Of a stretch of DNA of 64,000 nucleotides, positions 10,650-20,099 are shown piece by piece. The DNA is from Rubripirellula sp. (lineage in GTDB: Bacteria; Planctomycetota; Planctomycetia; Pirellulales; Pirellulaceae), in contig OZ244207.1 of the NCBI GenBank assembly GCA_965216875.1, forward strand, positions 6,016,001 through 6,080,000, written 5' to 3'. The position numbers and the translations under genes are program-made. Each line of letters starts with the position of its first letter. The stretch's first letter is position 1. Under the pieces are notes generated by a model that was not told the origin of the DNA, did no database searches, and saw nothing but the letters and a program-made list of their open reading frames with translations.

Positions 10650-11722
10650 TCACCGCGACCGATTTCAACTCGCACGGCAATCGGTTCATTGTTACGACGA
10701 AGCCAAATTCGAACGCGTTCGCCAGGCATCGTGTCCGCCACGGCCGCCTTGAGCGAATCGAAGTTAGAAATCACGCGGTCACCGAACTGCTCAATCACGT
10801 CGTCGACTTGAATGCCATAACGTTGGGCCGGTGAGCCGTCGTAAACTTTGACCACGCGTGCTTCGCCTTCAGTCGTGCCACGCACGCCAAGGACGGGCCT
10901 GAAACCGGGCAGGTATCCCCAGGCTTCACCCGCAGCCAGCCGGTCCCATGAAAAATCGTAGTTGTCGATGGGAACGTGCAGGTTGTCTGCGACGTCATTT
11001 CCAATTCGACTGTGAACGGCAATCAATCGACCCGCGATGTCAAAAAGTGGGCCACCACTATCGCCACCAATCAACGCACAATCGGTCACGATCGCGCCGG
11101 TACGCACATCAAGGATGCGACCAATCCGAGTCACCGTTCCTCGATCGGACTTGTACCCACCGGGATGCCCCGTCGCCACACACCACATTCCTGGAACGAG
11201 ATTCTTGCTCGTCCCAAGGGTTGCATGTGGCCATGGTTTGCCGTCGTTTTGGCCCGAATTGATTTTGATCAACCCCGCATCAACATTGCGGTTCATTCCC
11301 AACGTGGTTGCAAAAATCACTCGGCCATTGGAAAGCGTGACGCGAGCTTCCTTGTTGGGCCGCATCGCCACATGAGCCGCAGTCAAGATGTAGCCGCTTT
11401 CGGAGATGATGACGCCACATCCTTGCGCTGGCCCAATCTGGACGCTAACCGTACAGTGCTGTGCGACTTCGGCGACTCGACGCTGCTGTTTCTCGAGCTG
11501 CCTGAGCTGATCGAGTGACTCGGGGACACCGCCAGCGTTGAGCAAGTCGGTGAGATTCGACGGCAGGGAAACGAGCGTTCCATCCGATTTGGGTGCGGGC
11601 AATCCTTGAGCCGTCACGGGACAGGCCATGAAAGCGCCGCACACAACGAGGATGACCGCCAAAGATTGGGCTGTCCGCGATCGGGTCTTCCAACGACTTT
11701 GGCTCTGGTCTCGAATCAACAT
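10646..11722 (-). CDS. Exported S1C (HtrA/DegP-like) serine protease with C-terminal PDZ
   Basis: ILTAAH, VDAGL and GGDSGGP triad; PDZ PVLGV..GSPA..GIQVDD. Confidence 0.92.
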   Translation of the reverse strand: MLIRDQSQSRWKTRSRTAQSLAVILVVCGAFMACPVTAQGLPAPKSDGTLVSLPSNLTDLLNAGGVPESLDQLRQLEKQQRRVAEVAQHCTVSVQIGPAQGCGVIISESGYILTAAHVAMRPNKEARVTLSNGRVIFATTLGMNRNVDAGLIKINSGQNDGKPWPHATLGTSKNLVPGMWCVATGHPGGYKSDRGTVTRIGRILDVRTGAIVTDCALIGGDSGGPLFDIAGRLIAVHSRIGNDVADNLHVPIDNYDFSWDRLAAGEAWGYLPGFRPVLGVRGTTEGEARVVKVYDGSPAQRYGIQVDDVIEQFGDRVISNFDSLKAAVADTMPGERVRIWLRRNNEPIAVRVEIGRGD

Positions 11723-11933
11723 AATCCTCGGGAAGAAACGGTGCGGTGCGAAGTGATCCCGCGTGATCTACGGAGTCTTTCCGCGTGATCCTCGGAGAAT
11801 GTCCGCCATGGAATCGGCTAAAAACCACATCGTCCCAGGCGGCAAAAAACGGCCGGATTCGTCCGACGCTCTATTGTAGCCTCTGAGCAATGAACTTGAA
11901 AAAGTGAACTGGGTAACGCGAAATACGGAAAAA

Positions 11934-12812
11934 ATGGCTTTTTCACCGCAAAAACTGCTCGTTTTCGGCTGTGGCTATCTCGGGAATCGGATTGCTCGAA
12001 AGTCCGTTTCTGCGGGAAGCGTCGTTTGGGCGACCACTCGAAATGACCAAAAGGCCCAGAAACTCGCCAAAGACGGGATCGAGCCTTTGATTGTCGACTG
12101 GAACGATGCTCGCTCGTTGAGCCGTTTGCCGCAGGTCGACGGCGTCGTCGTCGCAGTCAGTTACGACCGAAAGGGACGGCTCGATCGGTACCAATCTCAG
12201 GTCGGTGGGCTTTCGCGTCTACTCGATCATCTCCCGAAATCGACCCCCATCAGTTACATCAGCACCACCGGGGTTTACCACCAAACCGGTGGCGTGTGGG
12301 TCGACGAAACCTCGCCGACACGGCCCCGACGCGAGGGTGGCAAAGTCCACCTGCAAGCCGAGCAGCTTCTTCATCGGCACCGACCAGGCGGCCCCTGGTC
12401 GATCCTCCGGCTCGCTGGGATCTACGGCCCCGATCGAGTCCCGCGGGCTGCCGACGTCATTGCTGGCCGCAAAATCGCTTCACCTGCTGGCGGGTACCTC
12501 AACCTGATCCACGTTGACGATGCCGCCGAGGCAGCGATCCGATCGCTTGAATCGCCAAGTGGGCGACTTTACCTGGTTGCCGACGACCAACCGGTCCTGC
12601 GACGGGCCTTTTACCAACAGATCGCGTCACATTACGGGGCAGCTGAGCCGAGTTTTGAATCGCCCGACGCGAAACGGAGCCTTCGCAGTGACAGCAACAA
12701 ACGGATTTGGAATCGACGGATGAAGCGTGAGCTGATGCCAACGCTTCGTTTTCCAACCTACCGACAGGGTCTTGTCAGTGCGTTGCCCCCTAAGCCGCGA
12801 GTGAAGACGTGA
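11934..12812 (+). CDS. NAD-dependent epimerase/dehydratase (atypical SDR, YeeZ-like)
   Basis: GCGYLG, ISTTGVY, LRLAGIYGP, NLIHVDD. Confidence 0.9.
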   Translation: MAFSPQKLLVFGCGYLGNRIARKSVSAGSVVWATTRNDQKAQKLAKDGIEPLIVDWNDARSLSRLPQVDGVVVAVSYDRKGRLDRYQSQVGGLSRLLDHLPKSTPISYISTTGVYHQTGGVWVDETSPTRPRREGGKVHLQAEQLLHRHRPGGPWSILRLAGIYGPDRVPRAADVIAGRKIASPAGGYLNLIHVDDAAEAAIRSLESPSGRLYLVADDQPVLRRAFYQQIASHYGAAEPSFESPDAKRSLRSDSNKRIWNRRMKRELMPTLRFPTYRQGLVSALPPKPRVKT

Positions 12813-12933
12813 CGCTCGACGAGAACCATTAATTATCGCAACCGTTGCTGAGTCAAATCGGCGGCAGGTTCCGATAATTGCGGCGGGTTCTTAGAATAGG
12901 GTCCTTTGACTCTTCCACCTTTCTACTGCTGAC

Positions 12934-13728
12934 ATGCTGGCTCGCAAACCAATTTTCCCTGGCGTTATCGAACTCAACTTCCAGGCAGGCGAAGTTTTTG
13001 GGTGCAACGTTTACCTGATCTACGACGCTGACGAATGGTTGCTGATTGACATTGGCTACGAAGAGACCGTGGATGACTTTGTCGAAATCATTCGGCAACT
13101 CGATTTTCCGCTTTCGCGTTGCAAGACCTTGGTCGCGACCCATGCGGACGTTGACCACATCCAAGGCTTGGCGAAGATCAAACAGTTGCTTCGGACAACC
13201 GTCACGGCACATCCCAACGCGGTGAAACCGCTGCAAACCGGCGACACGTTGTTGACGCTTGCCGAGATCGAAGCGCAAGACCTGAAGCTCTCGATGCCCA
13301 AGGTCGACATCGAACACCAAGTCAACGATGGCGACATCATCAAAGTCGGTTCGTTGGAGATCGAAGTTTGGCACACCCCAGGACACACGGACAGTCAACT
13401 TGCGTTTCGCATCGGCGACGTGTTGCTTAGCGGTGACAACATTTATCGCGACGGGTGCATCGGAGCCATCGATGCTCACCACGGCAGCGACATCAACGCG
13501 TTCGTTCAATCTCTCGAGCGGATTCGTGACAGCGACGTAAAATGGTTGGCACCGAGTCATGGGCCAATGTTCCGAAACGACCCCGACTTTATGAACAAGA
13601 CAATCGATCGCGTTCGCAGCTACCTGCAAATGGCCGACTTCGGGACACTCGCTGACAGCTGGCCTTTGATGGACCAATGGGAAACCGAAGTCGCCGACGG
13701 CGTCCTTCCCGAAGGTTTGGGCAAATAG
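12934..13728 (+). CDS. Metallo-beta-lactamase fold hydrolase
   Basis: LIDIG, THADVDH, HTPGHT, SGD, PSHG. Confidence 0.92.
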   Translation: MLARKPIFPGVIELNFQAGEVFGCNVYLIYDADEWLLIDIGYEETVDDFVEIIRQLDFPLSRCKTLVATHADVDHIQGLAKIKQLLRTTVTAHPNAVKPLQTGDTLLTLAEIEAQDLKLSMPKVDIEHQVNDGDIIKVGSLEIEVWHTPGHTDSQLAFRIGDVLLSGDNIYRDGCIGAIDAHHGSDINAFVQSLERIRDSDVKWLAPSHGPMFRNDPDFMNKTIDRVRSYLQMADFGTLADSWPLMDQWETEVADGVLPEGLGK

Positions 13729-13834
13729 AGCTCCTGAGCGGCCGGCAAATCTCAGCTTAAAGGGCGCAAGCTCAAAAAATCTCGAAAAAGAGCGCGCCAT
13801 TCGCTTTTCTCATCGCACTACGCTAGTAGATGCC

Positions 13835-15928
13835 ATGAGACTCATCAATCAAACGACCGATGACGGGTCGATTGCGGAAACCGATCGACACGCCCCTGAC
13901 CAAGTGGATTTGTCCGCGTTCTCGGATGCGGACCTGCTGGACGGTTGGCGCCGCGACACACTTCCCGGCGCCTTGGAAACGCTCGTCAAGCGCTACAGTG
14001 TGATGGTCGGCAGCGTCTGTCGGCGGCGATGTCGCAACGACGCCGATGCCGACGACGCCTTTCAAACAACGTTTCTTTATTTGGCGCGGAACAGCCACAA
14101 AATTCGGCATGCCGAACGCTTGCCCGGTTGGTTGCACCGCGTTGCTCAAAGAGCTGCGGTGGCGACAACCAAATCGTCGAAACGAGAGACCGAGCCGATG
14201 GTCGAACCGCCTGACAAACCCGACGATCCCCTGGATCGATTGAGCCAGCGACACGAAGCGATCGTGTTGGACGAAGAGCTGGCTGACCTGCCCGAACACT
14301 ATCGCACCGCGTTGGTGATGCACATCTACGATGGCTTGCCGTTGCAACAACTTGCCGACCATTTCCAAACCACCATTGGATCGGTGCGTGGTCGTCTGCA
14401 GCGAGCCAAAAAGATGCTGGCCCAGCGACTACGACGGCGCGGCGTCGTTCCCGTCCTCGCCTTCGCCGCTGCCAATGCGTGGACCCTTTCAAACTCGGGC
14501 GCAGCAGTTGCCAGCCAAACCTTCACGGCAACGACCGGATCCGGACAACTCCCCGATCCTCCGATCGAAACTTCTCTTCTCGAAAATCTCCTCGCACAGG
14601 GAGCACGTGCCATGCCTACGATCTACACCACCACTGGACTGGCCGGCGGCGCAGCCCTTATCGCTATCGCGCTGGCCACCGGCAACTCAACACATGGCCA
14701 GACAGGTGACCACGACATCGATGCTCGCCAAGACAAAACGATTCGAATGGAATCACCCCAAGTCGTCGCGCAAGCTAACGGCGGTGTGATGCCTGAAGTC
14801 GCAGTGACCGAAACCCTCCCCACCAATCCACCTGCGGCGCAAGGCCAAGCCGGCAACATGGGCGGAATGGGTGGAGGAGGTATGGGCGGTATGGGATTCC
14901 CGCCGCCAAATACGAAAGGTGCCGAGCCAGGCATGATGTGGTCCCATCGGCCCACACTGCCCAAGCCGACCTCGCCGGTCGCCAAAATGGTTGAATCCAA
15001 ACTCAATGAACAAACCAACATTCAGGTCCAAGGCACCATCAGCGAATTGGATCAAAAGATCTCCGAGGCAACCGGTATTCCGGTGTTGATCGATGATCGC
15101 GCGTTGATTTTCGCGAATCTCAGCGGCAAGGAAAAAGTCGCTTACACCGCCTCCAATATCCCTCTGAGAACAGCGCTGCGGAACATGCTGCGAGACCACG
15201 GCCTTCGTGCGATCGTTGAAGACGAGGGTCTGGTGATCACGGCAGACCACGCGGCTTTGGTTCAAAAGGGAATCGGAACATCGCGTTGGATCAACGTTGA
15301 TGATTCGGCGGCGGAACTCATCGCCAAACGTTTGGCAGAACCGATTAGCGTCGAGTTTGCCGACACACCGTTGGGCGAGGCGATCGCAACCATTTCCCGC
15401 GACAGCGGAATGCCCATCGTGCTGGACACACTCGCCATCGAAGAAATCGGATTCGATTCGACAACGCCGATCACCTTCGCGTTATCGAATATCAAACTCG
15501 GCAGTGCATTCAAGATCATGCTTACGGACCTTGAGATGACGCTCACCATTCGCGGCGAAACCGCCGTGGTCACGACGGTCGAATCGGCCAGTCAGCGACT
15601 TCTCCATCGGATCTACTGGCTCGAAAGCACCGGCATTGCGACAGATGATTACCAGTCCGTGATGAACCTGATCACCAACACGATCCAGCCCGAAACCTGG
15701 GAACAACTTGGCGGGAACTCCCGGCTTTCGCCTTTGGGCTCCAAACGCCCTGCACTCTTGATTAGCACAAGCTATGACGTGCATGAAGAGATCGAATACC
15801 TCTTCGAGACACTTCGTGAGACACACTTTGGTGTTGATCCCGTACTGGAACCTGTCCAAGTACCAATGCAGGGTGTTGGCTTCGGTGGTGGAATGGGAGG
15901 AGGCATGGGCGGCGGCGGTTTCTTTTAA
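13835..15928 (+). CDS. ECF sigma-70 factor with a transmembrane helix and a large C-terminal extension (STN/secretin-N-like modules)
   Basis: sigma2 DADDAFQTTFL..GWLHRVA, sigma4 GSVRGRLQRAKKML, TM segment GGAALIAIALA, then the repeated module I.LD..A...PL..AL..ML and IQPETWEQLGG. Confidence 0.9.
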   Translation: MRLINQTTDDGSIAETDRHAPDQVDLSAFSDADLLDGWRRDTLPGALETLVKRYSVMVGSVCRRRCRNDADADDAFQTTFLYLARNSHKIRHAERLPGWLHRVAQRAAVATTKSSKRETEPMVEPPDKPDDPLDRLSQRHEAIVLDEELADLPEHYRTALVMHIYDGLPLQQLADHFQTTIGSVRGRLQRAKKMLAQRLRRRGVVPVLAFAAANAWTLSNSGAAVASQTFTATTGSGQLPDPPIETSLLENLLAQGARAMPTIYTTTGLAGGAALIAIALATGNSTHGQTGDHDIDARQDKTIRMESPQVVAQANGGVMPEVAVTETLPTNPPAAQGQAGNMGGMGGGGMGGMGFPPPNTKGAEPGMMWSHRPTLPKPTSPVAKMVESKLNEQTNIQVQGTISELDQKISEATGIPVLIDDRALIFANLSGKEKVAYTASNIPLRTALRNMLRDHGLRAIVEDEGLVITADHAALVQKGIGTSRWINVDDSAAELIAKRLAEPISVEFADTPLGEAIATISRDSGMPIVLDTLAIEEIGFDSTTPITFALSNIKLGSAFKIMLTDLEMTLTIRGETAVVTTVESASQRLLHRIYWLESTGIATDDYQSVMNLITNTIQPETWEQLGGNSRLSPLGSKRPALLISTSYDVHEEIEYLFETLRETHFGVDPVLEPVQVPMQGVGFGGGMGGGMGGGGFF

Positions 15929-16027
15929 AAACCTCGCTCGCGACTTCTGGGAGATCGTCAGCTTTCGTTCCCTCGAGATTGCCGCGCGCTGACCAACCGT
16001 CCGGCCGACGCGCGTGCACCGAGCAAC

Positions 16028-17551
16028 CTACGCTGACAGATTCGATCCAACATCAGTGCGGTAAGCTGACCAAGCTGGCAAGAATCCGGCGAGCAGCGCC
16101 AGTCCCAACACGAGTGGCAAAATCGCAAGCTCCAAAGTGCTTGTCGTAAACAGCCCGATTTGGACGCCGGTTTGATCTTCGATTTGCCCGCTGTAACACC
16201 ACATGGCAAGGTGCGCGAGAAACCAACCAAGGATGCCTCCGATCACAGCGATCAATCCGCTTTCGCAAAGGATGATCGAAGTGACCGTACCGCGTCTGGC
16301 TCCGAGAGCACGCATCACAGCGATGTCGCGGCGGCGGTCATTCATCGAGTTGTAAATCGCAACCAGGACTCCAACGGCCGCAACAACGCAGGTGATCAGC
16401 GTGATGATCAGCAACGCCGTCATCAGCGGTCCGACAATCAGTCCCATGAGTTTGTTGATCTCGCCGATCGGCGCGGCCGCTTGAGACCAGGGCAGTTCAT
16501 TGATCGCATTCTGCATGGCGGGTGCAAACATCAGGTTGCCGTTGCGAACGAGAATCGCGGTTACTTCGCGCTCTGGTATCGAAAGCAAACGAAACTCGTC
16601 GGTCTCGTGATCACCATTGGAAGCCGCCCCTTTTTCAACAAGGATCTTTGTTTCGCCCTCTTCTTCTTGGAGCGTGACCAACCGAACACCGTTGCCGTCG
16701 CCAACGTTAGCTTGGTCATCGGAAGCCTCTTCATCACCCTCGGATGATTCAGCATCCTCGCTCGCATCCTCTTCGACCGTAGCGGACTCGTCCTCTTCGA
16801 TCGGCTTCGCGTGACCGTCCATCAGGTAAAAGCCTTCGAGGTTCACAAAGGCCGCGCGGTCATTGGGGGTGCCGGTTGGATCCATCACGCCCACGATGGT
16901 GAAACCCAAGTCATGGCCGTGACCGCTTGGATCACCATGCGTCGGATAGAACTTGTCGCCAACGCCAACACCCATGTCTTTGGCCACGCGCGATCCCAAG
17001 ACCGCTTCGAAGTAGCTATTCTCGGTTGAGAATTCGACGAATGCTCGGCCGTCGGCGAACGTGAACTCCTCATCCACATTGGGTCCGTGGCGAAGCTTTT
17101 CGAAAAAGCCAGGAACCGTACCCACGACGCGGTATTGGCCAAAGTAATCGCCCAGAGCAAGTGGAATCACATATCCACCTGAGACGTACGGCGCGTATCG
17201 ACCGCCCCGTTTGGCCAACTCCGAATCGCCGCCATACTTGGCGACCATCGCGGCGCGTTCTTCCTGCGTGAAGAACTCCATGTATTCACTGTAGGGAAGA
17301 TTCTCGATGGGCTGGCTGAGGTAGTAGACGCTGTTGAGCGTCAATTGCAGCGGGCTTCCTTTGGGGCCAACCACCAGGTTGTAACCCACCGATGCGTTAC
17401 GGGTGAACGCTTCCGAGATCACTCCGTAAATTGACAAGACCAGCGCCACCAAACCAACACCGAGGGCCAACGACAACGTCGTCAGCACACTCGAGAGAGA
17501 ACGATGGCAAAAGTTTCGCCAAGCGATTTGCAAAAGCGGCATGACAGGCAA
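16028..17551 (-). CDS. ABC transporter permease (MacB/FtsX family)
   Basis: IAWRN, LVVGPKGSPLQL, RRRDIAVMRALGA, LPAWSAYR; periplasmic THGDPSGHGHD. Confidence 0.92.
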   Translation of the reverse strand: MPVMPLLQIAWRNFCHRSLSSVLTTLSLALGVGLVALVLSIYGVISEAFTRNASVGYNLVVGPKGSPLQLTLNSVYYLSQPIENLPYSEYMEFFTQEERAAMVAKYGGDSELAKRGGRYAPYVSGGYVIPLALGDYFGQYRVVGTVPGFFEKLRHGPNVDEEFTFADGRAFVEFSTENSYFEAVLGSRVAKDMGVGVGDKFYPTHGDPSGHGHDLGFTIVGVMDPTGTPNDRAAFVNLEGFYLMDGHAKPIEEDESATVEEDASEDAESSEGDEEASDDQANVGDGNGVRLVTLQEEEGETKILVEKGAASNGDHETDEFRLLSIPEREVTAILVRNGNLMFAPAMQNAINELPWSQAAAPIGEINKLMGLIVGPLMTALLIITLITCVVAAVGVLVAIYNSMNDRRRDIAVMRALGARRGTVTSIILCESGLIAVIGGILGWFLAHLAMWCYSGQIEDQTGVQIGLFTTSTLELAILPLVLGLALLAGFLPAWSAYRTDVGSNLSA

Positions 17552-17557
17552 ACTCTT

Positions 17558-18238
17558 TTATGCGGCGGGAGCTTCTTTGAAAGCTCGGTTGATTTCATCC
17601 AGCTGGTCGACTCGGTCGAACTTCCCAGCCACTTCCATGCTGTGAGTGACCATCAACAGCGACACGTTTTCTTCTTGGCACGACTGGCGAATGAGCTGCA
17701 AAACCTCCTCGGCACTCTTGGGGTCAACGTTTGCGGTCGGTTCATCCGCCAACAGGACCTTTGGCTTGCTTGCCAGTGCCCGAGCGATCGCGACGCGTTG
17801 CTGTTGGCCAACCGACAATTGACTGGGGCGATAATGAGCCCGATCGGCCAAGCCAACGCGGGCTAACAAATCGGCTGCTCGCCCGTGATCGGTACCACCA
17901 TGGCCAAACGTCATCCCCAGGCGAACGTTTTCGATCGCCGAAAAAGCGGGCAGCAGGTTAAAGGTTTGAAAGACATAACCGATTGCGGAAGCGCGAAACC
18001 GATCGCGACCTTGCTCGCTGAGCATTGTCAATTCGGTTCCACCCACTTTGATGCTGCCGGTGTCGGGAACGAGCAGTCCGGCAATCAAGTGCAACAGTGT
18101 GGTTTTGCCACCGCCACTTTGACCGATCAGCGCAACCTGTTCGCCATCGGCGATTTTGAATTCGGCAACATCCAGGACAGTCAATTCGCCCCCTCCCGGT
18201 TGAGGGAAGCGTTTGACCAAGTCTTTGATCTCTAACAT
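17558..18238 (-). CDS. ABC transporter ATP-binding protein (LolD/MacB-like)
   Basis: GQSGGGKTT, LSVGQQQRVAIARAL, LADEPT. Confidence 0.95.
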   Translation of the reverse strand: MLEIKDLVKRFPQPGGGELTVLDVAEFKIADGEQVALIGQSGGGKTTLLHLIAGLLVPDTGSIKVGGTELTMLSEQGRDRFRASAIGYVFQTFNLLPAFSAIENVRLGMTFGHGGTDHGRAADLLARVGLADRAHYRPSQLSVGQQQRVAIARALASKPKVLLADEPTANVDPKSAEEVLQLIRQSCQEENVSLLMVTHSMEVAGKFDRVDQLDEINRAFKEAPAA

Positions 18239-18243
18239 GCGTC

Positions 18244-18747
18244 TTATCGTCCTCGCATCGCGCGTTGAAGTCCGCGGTCCGCGTCTCGTTTCTTGAGAGT
18301 TTCGCGTTTGTCGTGCAGCTTCTTACCTTTGACCAAACCCATCACACATTTGGCAAATCCGCGGTCATTGAAATACACGCGAAGTGGAATGAGGGTTAAA
18401 CCGCGTTCATGTGCCCGGCCGGCAAACTTTTGGAATTCCCGTTGGTGAACTAACAGTTTTCGAGGCCGACGCGGATCGTGGTTCCACATTCCGGCGTTGT
18501 TGTAATGAGCGATGTCGGCACCAACCAACCACAACTCGCTGTCCTTGACCCGTATGTGAGCCTCGTCGAGCGACAGCTTGCCTTCGCGCATCGATTTGAC
18601 CTCGCTGCCGATCAACATCATCCCGCATTCGATCGAATCGAGTATCTCGTAGCGGTGCCGAGCCTTGCGGTTGTCGGCGACCATCGTGATGTTCGGCTGC
18701 GATTTCTTGCTGGCCGATTTCTTGTCTTTCTTTTTCTTTTTTCCCAT
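18244..18747 (-). CDS. smpB: SsrA-binding protein
   Basis: NRKARHRY, GSEVKSMR, HDPRRPRKLL, GKKLHDKRE. Confidence 0.97.
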   Translation of the reverse strand: MGKKKKKDKKSASKKSQPNITMVADNRKARHRYEILDSIECGMMLIGSEVKSMREGKLSLDEAHIRVKDSELWLVGADIAHYNNAGMWNHDPRRPRKLLVHQREFQKFAGRAHERGLTLIPLRVYFNDRGFAKCVMGLVKGKKLHDKRETLKKRDADRGLQRAMRGR

Positions 18748-18956
18748 GACCGGGAAATTCTAGCGGGGGACGGTCGGTTGCCGTAGAGCGGGATGGAGGG
18801 CAATCCGAGCACCAATCTGTGATCGCGTGCTTGACCAGAGGCAGGCGGATCGCCACGGGCGCTGGACCGACAGCCCTTAGCCACATCGTGACGACCTACT
18901 ACAATGCGGTTCCAAGGTCGATTTGGTTCGTTAATTCCCCGAGAAATGTCCCGCTA

Positions 18957-19880
18957 ATGGTTTTTCGCCTCCCTGTCGTTGCTGATCCAGTCGAAAAATT
19001 CCCTGCCGGTGCCAGCGTCACCGCCACGGGACGGCTGCCTCGCTGGCTCAAACGGCAGGTCCCCAAGGGAAACGCGAACCATATGACGCAGGGGCTGCTC
19101 GATGAGCTGAACCTGGAAACGGTCTGCGACAACGCGAAGTGCCCCAACCGGATGGAGTGCTACAGCCAACAGACCGCCACTTTCATGATCCTTGGCAATG
19201 TCTGCACCCGGCCCTGTGGTTTCTGTGCCGTCCACCGAGGCCGACCCCCGCAGCTACCTGAGGCCGACGAACCGGCTCGCGTCGCCGAAGCCGCCGCCCG
19301 CCTCGGTCTCAAGCACGTTGTCATCACCAGCGTCACGCGCGACGACCTTGATGACGGTGGTGCCGAACACTTCTATCAATGCGTCGTCGCCGTCCGCGAA
19401 CGGACGGGTGCGACCACCGAAGTGCTGACGCCCGACTTTGTTCAGTGCAAACCGTCGCTCGCCCGCGTCATCGAAGCAAAACCAACGGTTTTTAACCACA
19501 ACATGGAGACAGTCCCGAGACTCTATCGCCGCGTCCGCGGACCCAAGAGCGACTACCGCTGGACGCTCGGCATGATGCGGAAGGTGAAAGAATACGACCC
19601 CGACGTCAAAACCAAGAGCGGGCTGATGCTCGGCCTGGGCGAAGAACGCGGGGAGCTGCTCGAAGCGCTTGCTGACTTGCGCGAGTACGGGGTCGATTAC
19701 CTGACACTCGGCCAGTACCTGCAACCTGGTGACAAGTACCTGCCGGTGGTTCGGTACGTTCCGCCAGAAGAATTTGAAGAGCTTGGCGAGATCGCCCAAG
19801 AAATGGGCTTCAAGAAAGTCGCCAGCGGCCCCTTCGTGCGAAGCAGCTACCATGCTCGCGACATGGCCGAAGACGAGTGA
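18957..19880 (+). CDS. lipA: Lipoyl synthase
   Basis: CDNAKCPNRMEC, CTRPCGFC, FNHNMETV, VRSSYHA. Confidence 0.97.
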   Translation: MVFRLPVVADPVEKFPAGASVTATGRLPRWLKRQVPKGNANHMTQGLLDELNLETVCDNAKCPNRMECYSQQTATFMILGNVCTRPCGFCAVHRGRPPQLPEADEPARVAEAAARLGLKHVVITSVTRDDLDDGGAEHFYQCVVAVRERTGATTEVLTPDFVQCKPSLARVIEAKPTVFNHNMETVPRLYRRVRGPKSDYRWTLGMMRKVKEYDPDVKTKSGLMLGLGEERGELLEALADLREYGVDYLTLGQYLQPGDKYLPVVRYVPPEEFEELGEIAQEMGFKKVASGPFVRSSYHARDMAEDE

Positions 19881-20094
19881 GCCGTACGCGCTGGCGTCGG
19901 GCCTTGCAGCGATGTCGGGCCTTGCCGCGATGTCGGGCCTTGCAGGGGATGGTGTGCAATAGCAGCGGCTAGCCTCTTGCCGATCAAAGGTGAGCCGTGA
20001 TCGCGTAAGCGGCCGGGCCCCACATCTCTTTACATGCACTCCAAAGGCCCTTGGCCTTACGGCCAACGGCACACGGGAATTGAGGACGCGGAAC
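19878..20094. repeat. REP-like mosaic including three tandem ~18-bp units
   Basis: TGAGCCGTACGCGCTGGC followed by GTCGGGCCTTGC(a/c)GCGAT x3 (19896-19950, third copy imperfect); GGTGAGCCGTGATCGCGTAAGCGGCCGGGCCC near 19989. Confidence 0.85.
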
Positions 20095-20099
20095 GCAAC

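Noticed and set aside
19896..19950. Three tandem 18-bp units as a mini-CRISPR or coding repeat
   Set aside because: No spacers; the unit derives from the adjacent REP arm, consistent with slippage
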